Source of the DNA: the human T2T-CHM13v2.0 reference genome, Homo sapiens
Assembly: GCF_009914755.1 (NCBI RefSeq)
Contig: NC_060927.1
Reading direction: 5' to 3' (one strand)
DNA length: 64,000 nucleotides
The notes under the pieces were generated by a model. That model worked only from the letters and a program-made list of their open reading frames with translations. It was not told where the DNA came from and searched no databases. Numbering within the stretch: position 1 is the stretch's first letter; each line of letters opens with the position of its first letter. Position numbers and translations under genes: made by a program. Below, piece by piece: positions 53,142 to 64,000 of this stretch.

Positions 53142-56100
53142 TGGGGAGCAGGCTGGAGAGCCCATCCCAGGAAGTCCAGAAAGAAGCAGCCGCAGGGGCT
53201 CTATTCCTTGTCTCTCAGGCCACACAGGCTTGTCCCAAGTCAGGGGGAGCAGGAGAGTCTGTGGGATCCGGGTGGGGGTGTCACCGGGCAGCAGACCCAG
53301 CTCAGAGGCAGGAAGGGTGTTCTCTGAGGCAGGATGCGTAGGGAGAGTTGAGGAGGGCTGCAGTTAAGACCCTTGCCACGACACTGCCTCCACCTGGAGG
53401 CCCCTGTGCCCTGGGACACTGTGGACCATAGACCAAGACAGCAAGGACATCAAAGGCTACCTCCTCTTGGGACTGTGTAGCTTTGTCTGCCTCTCCAGGA
53501 GCCTGAAGACATCTGAACAGATATCCCCTACGGAAGGTCAGGGATGCACATGAACCATGTCTTCCTTCACTTGAACGGGAAACGCTTGCTCCCTGCACAC
53601 ATTTTTTAAAAATCAACATTTGCAGCCCCCAAGCGCCCACAACAGCGGGAAAGAGGCATCTTCATAAACGGCAGATGCATGGCCAGGGGCGCTGGAGGGT
53701 GGGGTGCTCCCTGCCCCACTGGGGCTGAGCTGGACAGGCACTGAGTTCCCAGCCTGGCAGACAGGACGTGCTGGTGCCCGGCCCCATCCTGAAGTGTCCC
53801 AGCAGCCAACACTCATCACCAGGCCAGCTGCAGGGCAGGCCACTCTCCACAAGGCTACAGGGACTGGGGGCCTCAAATGTCCCCCACAGGCTGCATAATG
53901 ACCAGGGCCCCTACGACCAAGCTGCCCGCCCTATTCAGCAGCATCTTGACAGAGTCCAGACCCAGGCCCTGATAACTTCACGGCCGCATGCAGTAGTCGC
54001 TAGTCAGCATCCCACCTTACGACCAGCAGAGTGGTTCAGGGAGGTGCACAGGCCAGGCATGGGTGGGGCATCAACATTGCAAGCTGGTAGGGAAGTGTGC
54101 CCCGTTCACAGGTGGGCACACTGAGGTCCAGAGAGGCCAAGGAAGATAGTCAAGGCCGAATTAGGCTTTAGTACAGGCTGGACATGAGCTAGGTGGGAGC
54201 GAGTCCCCCAGCCAGCGGGAAGAAAAACCCTGGTCTTGGAGGGCCTGAGTGGCCTGCCCAAGGCTGCCCAGCAGGAGCGGAGCGTGGTGCCCGCGGCTTG
54301 GATGTGTGTGCACAGCGTGCACCCGGCCTCCCGAGGCCTCTCTGTGGAGAGGACTATGCCCTGTGGCCCCGGGGCAGGGCTTAGACTCTGTGGGCACGCA
54401 GGGTCTGAAAGGACAGAGATGATGACCCTTGCCTGGAGGAGAATTGTGTGAAGAGGTGCTGAGCTCAGGCCACGTGGCCTGTTTTCTCTAATTCTAACAA
54501 TTTCTGCTCATGCCCCACAGAGGACCCCTATAATTTAGTCCTACGGTCAACAAGCTCATCCAGACATTAAAAGGTAATTTACTTTCTGCTTCTCCTGCTT
54601 GTTATGGCCCATTTGTGGGCTTTTTTCTCCCAAAAGCATAAGCCTTGCAACCATGTAAACACAAAATATTTAAAGAGTAATTCTGAAGCTTGGGATGGCC
54701 GTGGGCTGTCCCCCTGGAGGTTCTGGGTGGCTCATCTGAAGAGTGCATACCGCGCCTAGAGATCCAGTCTGAGAACTCACCAACCAGGGTAGGCGGGGGG
54801 CAGGAAGGGGCTCCACCCAGAGTGAGATGCAGATTTCACGCAGCTCAGCTCCTAGGCGGTGATGACCGCTGGAATGTCCTGCCACCACCAAGAGTCCTGT
54901 GCATGACACTCTGGGTGGCACAGGGAAATGCACATGTTCTGAGTTTGGCTTGGTGGTGACCTACAGCCGGGATCATACCACAGCCAACTGCCTTTGAATT
55001 CCAGCTCTCATGCCGGCTGGCTGCGTCCTCTTACACACCATGTGACCATGGGCAAGGCACTGCCATGTCTTAGCCTGTGTTTCTCCACCACAAGAAGAGG
55101 CTAAGCCTCCACCCAAAGCACCCAACACAGCAAGGCACGTGGGAGCTGAAGCCAGTGCCTGCTGGAGCTCATGCCCTTGGAGTGAGGAGTTATTATTCTG
55201 CTGAAGAAAAGCAGAATCCCACACTTTCTGTTCCTGGGAAAGAAAAAGCCTGCTGAGGAGAAATGCCCAGGACGGAATACACCAGAGTGACCATGGCTGG
55301 GCTTGGGAGGCTGCCGGGCGAGTGTTTAGCCTGTATTTTCCAAGCTCTCTGTAATGTTTTAACTTGCTTCCATAATGAAAACCCATGCACATAAAGGGTG
55401 TGGTCAGTCACTCCTGCATTCAGCCACATGCATGGCACGGCGGGGGTGCGAGGGGACGGGGGAGCTGGTGGGGCAGGCGACACAACATGGCAGTGAAAAA
55501 GTAAGACCAGCCTCACATCAGAGAGAGCTCTCAGCCCGGAGGAGGCACTGGCCAGGCTTAGGATGGAAGAGAGCTGGGGCAGTGAGAAGGCTTTCTGGAG
55601 GTGGCCGCACCTGGCCCCTTCTCTAGGAGCCAACACATTTGACGCAGTCCTGGTTGACAGCTTGGGCTGGGGACTCTGGCTCCAATTGTTGTGACTGAGA
55701 AAATGGGCGTGGGCCAAACCTCCACCCCAAAGCTCCTAGGGCACCCCCTGGGACAGGGGCCGTCCAGGGACATCTGTGCAGAGCAGCAGCCCCTTTCCAA
55801 GCTGGGCAGCTCGCACAGGACTGTGTGGACATTGCCTCAAATCCTCCCCACAGCCCAGCTCTGAGCAGCACCGGTGTCCCTGCCTGCCACTCCCCACTTG
55901 CTGTGCTGTGGTCGCCCCTCCGCTCCTTCCCACCGACCAAGGCCAGCCCCGCGACCCTCCTTCAGTGTACTTTTCAGGTCCTGTGCAGCGACTGGCCCCA
56001 TATAGGCTTCCTGCGCCACGGCCTGGAGTGGCCCCTGAGGCCCTTAGGAACCTGCTCGCCCACGAGGACACCCTGCCCCCATCTGAGTCCTCCGTGGCTG

Positions 56101-56202
56101 TCCCCGGACGTGAGGATGCCCTTCCCTCTGCTCCAGGCAAAGCTGCCAGGACCCCTGCAAGCAGCTGGGACAGGGTGGAGAAGCAGCCCCCGCAGGGAAA
56201 CC

Positions 56203-56632
56203 AGCACACCACACACATATGCCACACACACACACCACACACACACACAACAAACAGATACACCACACACCACGCACGTCACACACACACACACACCATA
56301 CACACATACACATACACCACACCACATACATATGCCACACATGCACACACCACACACACACGCCACATGTACATCACACACACCACACACTACACACGCA
56401 CACACACCACACACATACACACAACATGCATATACACAACATGCGCGCGCACGCACACACACATACACCACAGACTACTCACATATGCCACATGCACACA
56501 CACCAAACACACATACACACACATACAACACACACATACACAAACACATCACACACTATATGCATACACCAGACGTGCACACAAACACACCCACATACAA
56601 CACACACACACACACACACCACACACACATAC
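56203..56632. repeat. Degenerate (CA)n low-complexity tract, ~430 bp
   Basis: CA/CAT/CAC units; source of the His/Thr-rich ORFs. Confidence 0.95.
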
Positions 56633-57119
56633 TCCCCCCCCTTATCATTTATAAGCAGTTACTGAGTTGTTTCAACTATGAGCAAACCATGACCGGGGAA
56701 GACTGGAAGAAAATTCTCCACCGTGTCCCCTCACTGACTTCGACTTGAGCGGCCTCTCCAGACTCATGTTTCTCTTTCTGCTTCCTCAGACTTTCTAGAT
56801 CAGAAACAACGATCACATCTGTAACCAACAACAACCTGAAAAGGGGACTTCCATAAAAATCCAGGGCTGGATCCCTTTCCAGATAACGAGGTTGAGAAGG
56901 TGAACTGAGCGCCCCAGGTCAGGGTGAACGCCTGGCAGGGAAGTGCACCTGACTCCTGACGGACAGGCAGCTGAAAGGCCAAGAGAGTGGGGAAGAACGG
57001 CTGCTAGCCCCTGCTCTCCAGGCTGGGCTGCTTTCCGGAAGATGGCACAGCAGGGAGGGCGAGCAAGCTGGCCCAGCATGAACACCTTACATTTCACACA
57101 CATGTTGCACTGTTTCATC

Positions 57120-57590
57120 AGCTCTTGATCAGTTACTGCCTTGCTGTTTTGACTCTGGGCGAGTCACTAAACCTCTCTGTGCTTCCTTGTTCTCATTTCT
57201 AAGTTAGAAATGATAATTTCTTGGGACGATCCAATGAGATCACAGGCATAGAAGGGTGAGTTAACAGTGGAAAGCCGTAACATGCACCTGGAAACAGAAG
57301 TATCAGCAAGATGGGGAAATCGAGCCAAGACCCCATTCCTAGTCCCTGAGCCCTGCCTCACTGCACAGCTTCAATGACAAGCAGCTGCATTCGACTCACT
57401 TTTGGGGGCACTGCCTGTGAGTTATGCCATTTACTCCGCACAACAAATGCGTGAGGTGAGTCTCACTCTTCCATCTGCAGCAGGGGGAGCTGGTGGTCCT
57501 CAAAGAAACAGAAGTCGGCTCCCTCAAGGCCACATGGCCAGGAAGGACGGTGACCGGAGCTCAGACTCCAAGCTCCCAACCTTCCCTCTG
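57120..57590. mobile_element. Two MIR fragments in opposite orientation
   Basis: + copy GGGCGAGTCACTAACCTCTCTGTGCTTC (~57160); - copy CAAGGCCACATGGCCAGGAAG (~57530). Confidence 0.55.
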
Positions 57591-57679
57591 TACCCACCAG
57601 TTCCCCTGTGCCCTTGTGTGCTGTTTCCAAGCTGGGCAGGAGTCCTGGGGAGGAGACATTGGGAAAGGCTGATTTAACA

Positions 57680-57991
57680 TTTCTTTCTTCTTTTTTAGAG
57701 ACAGGTCTCACTCTTTCACCCAGGCTGGAGTGCAGTAATGCGATCATAGCTCACTGCAGCCTCGAACTCCTGGGCTCCAGTGATCCTCCCACCTCAGCCA
57801 CCTGACTAGCTGGAACTATAGTTGCATACCACCAGGCCCAGCTAATTTTATTTATTTATTTATTTATTTTTGGTAGAGATGAGGTCTTGCTATGTTGCTC
57901 AGGCTGGTCTCGAACTCCCAGCCTCAAGCAATCCTCCTGCCTCGGCCACCCAAAGTGCTGGGATTATGGGCCTTAGCCACCGTGCCCAGAC
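57680..57991 (-). mobile_element. AluJ
   Basis: CTCACTGCAGCCTCGAACTCCTGGGCTC, GGTCTTGCTATGTTGC. Confidence 0.95.
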
Positions 57992-58454
57992 TGCTTTAAG
58001 ATTTCATATGCAAAGAGTAGACCCACGGGGTCACAGGCATGGCCACAACAGCCAGTATCCTGGAGAGAAGCACTACATTTTCCCCCATGATTCAAGACCA
58101 AAGCTTTGTCCAGAGGGGAAACAGCATTTTCATTTCCAGGATTCCAATACACAGAAATCACAGCCATTAATTTAGCCTCAATGCCATGCATCTGTGTTGC
58201 TGAGAGAGTTCATTTATAGTCATAAACCTTGTGGCTTTTTGGATAGCTTTGTTACATCAAAATCCTGCTAGTTAGGACAAATGGGAAAATAATGTGGGGA
58301 AAATTATTATGGAGTACTTTAAAAGAAATACTACATTATTTTCCAATCCACAGTGACACTCCAGCCAACTGCAGCCGCTGCCAAGAGGAGTCTTGCTTCA
58401 GTGATCAGACGTTGTCTCTATCCACTCATTCTACCACGTGCAAAAGTCTGTGCT

Positions 58455-59162
58455 GGCACCTCAGACCCATTAGGATGGCTCCTATCAAAAAACAGATGCT
58501 AACAATTGTTGCAAGGATGTGAAGAAATTGGAATCCTTGTGTACTGGTGATGGTAATGAAAAATGGTGCCACTGTTATAAAACCAGTATGGTGGTTCCTC
58601 AAAAAATTAAGCACAGAATTAATGCATGATCCAGCAACCCCTCTTCTGGGTATATATAGGAAAGAAACGAAAGTTGGGTCTCAAAAAGATCTTTGTACAT
58701 CCACATGAATAGCAGCATTACTCAAAACAGCTACAGTGTGGAAGCAACCCAAGTGACCATCGATGGAGGAATAAACAGAATGTGGTGCACCCATCCTTAT
58801 AGTCAGCCTTAAAAAGGAAGGAAATTCAACATGGATGAACCTTGAGGACGTTACTCTAGGTGACATAAGCCAGTCACAAAAAAATAAATACTGTGTGACT
58901 GCCCCTAGATGAGGTCCCTGGAGTAGTCAAACTCATGGAGACAGAAAGTGGAATGGTGGGTGCCTGGGGCTGGGGGAGGAGGCATAGGGAGTCAGTGTTT
59001 CATGGGGACAGAGTTTCAGTGTGGGAAAATGAAAAGTTCTGGAGATAGATGATAGTGACGGTTGTATGACAATATGAATGTACTAATACCCCTGAACCGT
59101 ACACTCAAAGATGGTTACGATGGTCAATTTTATGTTATCTGCATTGCACCACGATAAAAAAA
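58455..59162 (+). mobile_element. L1MB (MB3-like) 3' end
   Basis: ACCCATTAGGATGGCT..ATGGATGAACCTTGAGGAC..GGACAGAGTTTCAGT..AATTTTATGTTAT. Confidence 0.88.
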
Positions 59163-59512
59163 GCCTGTGCTGGACCCCTACTGTGAGGGCTGGAAAGAGT
59201 CATATCACACTGTTAATGTCCTTTACGCGTGATCAGTGTGCCGGGCGCCATTCTGAGCATGCTACATGCAGCACCTTGTGTGTTCCCCACAGTGCCCTGT
59301 AAGTTGTGTGCTCTGGTTGTGCCCATTCACAGATGGCCCTCTGCCTGGCTCTGTGTCCTAGGAGGCTGACCTCCACATAGTGCGTCACCCAGCTCCGCTG
59401 CTCTCTTGGCTGACTCTTTGAGCCAACACAAGGCACGAGCAGGAGGTGGGAAGGACGGAGGAGAGGCCAGGGTATTCATTCCTGCTGCTCATTCGGTTCC
59501 ATTACCACTACT

Positions 59513-59543
<31 letters not shown>

Positions 59544-59608
59544 TATGCTCACACATGCACACACACACATACATGCACACACACACAACTCACCCACACA
59601 GGCACACA
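59513..59608. repeat. (AC)14 plus degenerate CA tract
   Basis: Perfect (AC)14 at 59513-59540. Confidence 0.93.
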
Positions 59609-60429
59609 GACCACAGGTGCTGCCCCTGCAGCTGAGGCGTAGCAAGGGCTCCCACTGCCACTAGTTCTTGGAAGCTGCACGGCCCTTGTTGGTTTTCTTC
59701 ACCTCGCACAACTCTGGAAGTTGTCCCTTTGTTAAACTGCGCTCCTCAGTTCCCCAGAACCCCATAGCCCATCTCTCTGCCCACATGCACAGGACAAATT
59801 CCTGTAGTGGGCACCCCCAGATTCCAGAGACTCCCAAGCCTGTCCTGGTGATGCCCCTGCCCCAGGCCCGTGGCAGGAACAGGAGGTCTGCAGGGTGCCC
59901 GGGACACAGGAAACACACCGGAGAGGCAAGGAGTGGCTGCTCCACGAATCAGCAAACCCCACCAGCAGCCGAAACACTGCGCTTGCAGTACCCTTAGTCA
60001 CACGCGCACAGAGAGGACGTGGTGGGTCTCAAAGCAAGTCAGGGAGCCCTGTGCTGGCAAATGATGGGCAGATAACCACTGGTGGAAGAGACTGACAGCC
60101 CCTGCCCATCAGCCAGACTGAGTCACATGGCCCCATGTCCAAGAATTCATCCTTCCCTCCCTGCTTCCTCTCATGGTTCCTCACATTTACTGAGCACCTA
60201 ACACGTGCGGGGCCCTGAGCGTGCCAGTGAACAGACGGAGGCTTGGGCAGGGGTATGTGGGGCCTGGCAGACCCCGTCCCAGGCTGGGACTCGGCTTTCC
60301 TGCCCTAGGCCCCTGGCCTGTCTCCAAGTGAGCCAAAGGTAGAACTGGGCTCAGAATGTCCCCAGCTCCCCTTCCCCCCGCCCATCTGTGAACCCCCTCC
60401 AGGGTGGGGCTGTCCGGCCTTCAGAAGGG

Positions 60430-61543
<1,114 letters not shown>

Positions 61544-61799
61544 TGAACAGGAAGGCTACAGCAGCAAGCCGACGTGTTCATGTTCTCAAAATTGGACCCC
61601 CTAAACCACAAGGAACCATTCTGTGCCATAAGCTCACCTCCACCTGGGATACAACAGACTAGTTCAGTCACTCAGCCCAGCTCAGAAGCACCAGACAGGA
61701 CTGTAAACGCCCACCTGTGCCCAGGCTCCAGTACCAGGAAACAGCTGCCACAAATCTGAAACGTTCCTGTTAGTCCCATCTGAGATGCTTCCGGACCAC

Positions 61800-62560
61800 C
61801 TCATCCTTCCTTCTCTCCCTCCATCTACCTGCCCATCTACCTATTCCTCCTTCCTTCCCTCCCTCCCTCTATCCATCCACCCACCCATCCACCCATCCAT
61901 CCTTCCCTCCCTCTACTGATCCATGCTTCATCCTTCTATCCCTTTCTCCCTCCTTCCTGCCCTCCACCCATACATCCCTCCATCCATCCATCTCTTCACC
62001 CCTCCATCCACTCATCCATCCATCCAAACATCCATCCACTCCTCCACCCATCCAGCCACCTATCCATCCAACTATCCCTTCATCCACCCATCCATCTCCC
62101 CTCCACCTCCCATCCATCCCTCAATCCACTCATCCATCACTCTACCCACCCATCCATCCTTCCATCCAACCATCCATCCATGCCTCCACCCATCCATCCA
62201 ACTATCCCTTCATCCACTCATCGATCCCCCCATTCATCCCCCATCCCCCATCCATCCAGCCATCCATCCCTCAATCCACTTATCCATCACTCCACCCACC
62301 CATCCATCCCGCCATCCATTCATCTATTCCTCCTTTCATCTACTCATCCATCTTTCCATCCACCCATCCATCCCCCATCCCCCCATCTGCCCATCCATCA
62401 CTCCTCCCACCCATCTATCTCTCCATCCGGTCAACCATTCCTCCATCCACCCATCTAGCTCTCCATCCATCCACTCATCAATCCCTCCATCCACCTATCC
62501 ATCCCTCCATCCACCCATCCACCCCTCCATCCACCCATCCACCCCTCCATCCACCCATCT
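61800..62560. repeat. Degenerate (CCAT)n tract, ~760 bp
   Basis: CCAT/CCAC/CCCT units; source of the HPSI-repeat ORFs. Confidence 0.95.
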
Positions 62561-62678
62561 TATGTATGTATAGGACAAAACATCATGTATATAGGGTGTG
62601 GCACTAACAGAGATTTCAGGCATCTACTAGGGGTTGAAACACATCCCCCTTGGATAAGGTGGGGTGGGGGGCGCTGTA
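62561..62678 (-). mobile_element. Tigger2/MER8-like terminal fragment
   Basis: TGTATGTATAGGA..ATATAGGGT..TTTCAGGGCATCTACTAGGGG..ATCCCCC.TGGATAAGG..CTGTA. Confidence 0.7.
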
Positions 62679-62945
62679 CAGATACTTCACAAAAGAGGAA
62701 AGTCTAATGGCTGGGAGACCCATGACAAGACGCTCTACATCCTTAATCATTAGGAAAATGCAAAAGAACACCACAATGAGACACCACGATATGCCCATCA
62801 GAGTGGCTAAAATTAACAAGACTGAAAACACCAAATGAATGTAGTTGATATGTTCATCTCCATAGGCACATATGACCGTAAAAACTCATGAGTTTGCAGC
62901 TAAGATGTGTGCCCTTTGTTACACATGAGCTATGCCTTAATTAAA
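62679..62945 (+). mobile_element. L1M fragment
   Basis: ORF 62650..62838 RYFTKEE..STSLIIRKMQKNTTMRHH matches L1 ORF2p. Confidence 0.8.
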
Positions 62946-63504
62946 ATTTTGCAAATCATTAGCAAAACTTTTTAAAAATCGTATGCATTATATAACAAAG
63001 CAAACCAGAACAGAGCCAGGGCAGGATGAATGTAAGATGGACAGCAGTCACCTGTGGGAAAGGAGGCAGGTGGGATGGTGAGGGCACATGGGGAGACGCA
63101 GCTTACAGACACTAAGCTGGTGAGTGCACATCTTGGTATTTATTTGTGTATTGCTATCATAAATAAACGGGGCCAGGCATGGACCAATGATGGGAGGGAG
63201 GCATGAACCAAGAGTTATGATGGCTGCATTCCGTGTACCTGAGGTCCTGGGTGGGTGAGTAGGAGGGAGAAGGTGGGCCCCGAAGCAGCCTCAGGTCAGG
63301 GCCAGTCACAACCTGATCCCCAGCTCCCGGCACCTCCCGCCTCCTGGTTAGCCACACCTGGACTGGTCATTTCCCATCTCTAGCATATTAGCCAGGACAG
63401 CATCTGAGCTTCGTAGACCTGGGCAGGGCTGTTGGGAGTTGCTGGCCCTGACAATTTCTACTACTGCATCGTGGGACCACCCAACTTGTGCCCTCACCAC
63501 CCAC

Positions 63505-64000
63505 CTATCCTTGTCACCTGATGTCTAACAAGCGTCTCTGGCTGAACACACCCAGACCAAGCTCTTGACCCTGACCTTCCCCACCTCCGCTCAAACCTTC
63601 CCACCAGATTCCTCCTGGCTTGTTTCCCTCCCACAACATCCAGCCATGTCGGCAGGTCCTAACAGCTTCCGCTCCAACACCCATCGCCAATCTGCCTACT
63701 TCTCCCCCTCCACGGCCACCTCCCTGACCCAAGCCCCGTCTTCTCTGCCAGGTCCCTGGGACGGCTTCCCTCTGGCCACCCCCAGACCCCCTGCTGCCAT
63801 TCTAACTCTCCCCATGACACAACCCGCCAGAGCACTCTGGCAATGTCACCACCCACTGCCAACGTGCCAGTGGGTTCCCTTCGTACTCCACGCCAGTTCC
63901 CATTCGCAGCCCAGTCAAGAGGATTTGGCATCATCTGGGTCTGTCTCCTGCCCCAGCCTCTGCCCTGGCCTCCCTGAGGCTCCTCACTTGTCCCCACCCC
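63505..64000 (+). mobile_element. Degenerate L2
   Basis: TCACCTGATGTCTAACAAGCGTCTC..AACACACCCAGACCAAGCTCTTGA. Confidence 0.6.

Noticed and set aside
55776-56748. Longest ORFs (292 and 307 aa, His/Thr-rich)
   Set aside because: Open only because the CA-rich tract lacks stop codons; several frames are open and there is no domain.
61923-62573. 216-aa HPSI-repeat ORF
   Set aside because: Translation of the (CCAT)n tract.

Overview
Primate (catarrhine/hominoid, most likely human) GC-rich non-coding DNA; I cannot place it on a chromosome from sequence alone. No protein-coding gene, tRNA, rRNA or CRISPR array is supported: the ORF track is explained by chance ORFs, Alu/L1/THE1 fragments and simple repeats. 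The window is dominated by interspersed repeats: about 17 Alus (J, S, Y, FLAM), old L1 fragments, L2/MIR, MaLR LTRs (MLT1, THE1A plus internal), an intact ERV9 LTR12C solo LTR and DNA-transposon fossils. Subfamily names are recalled from consensus sequences, not searched, and old-repeat boundaries are approximate. I did not find a convincing new biological system. The most unusual structure is a ~950-bp ancient local duplication: 43460-44795 was copied ~5.6 kb upstream into an old L1 (37846-38795), and the copy keeps the empty site of an MLT1A0 that later inserted in the donor. That L1 (35.0-41.2 kb) also hosts a stack of nested insertions with readable target-site duplications (TSDs). Other leads are a CpG island at ~60.4-61.5 kb with an unusually CpG-preserved Alu, a motif-dense non-repeat island at ~21 kb and several non-B-DNA tracts.
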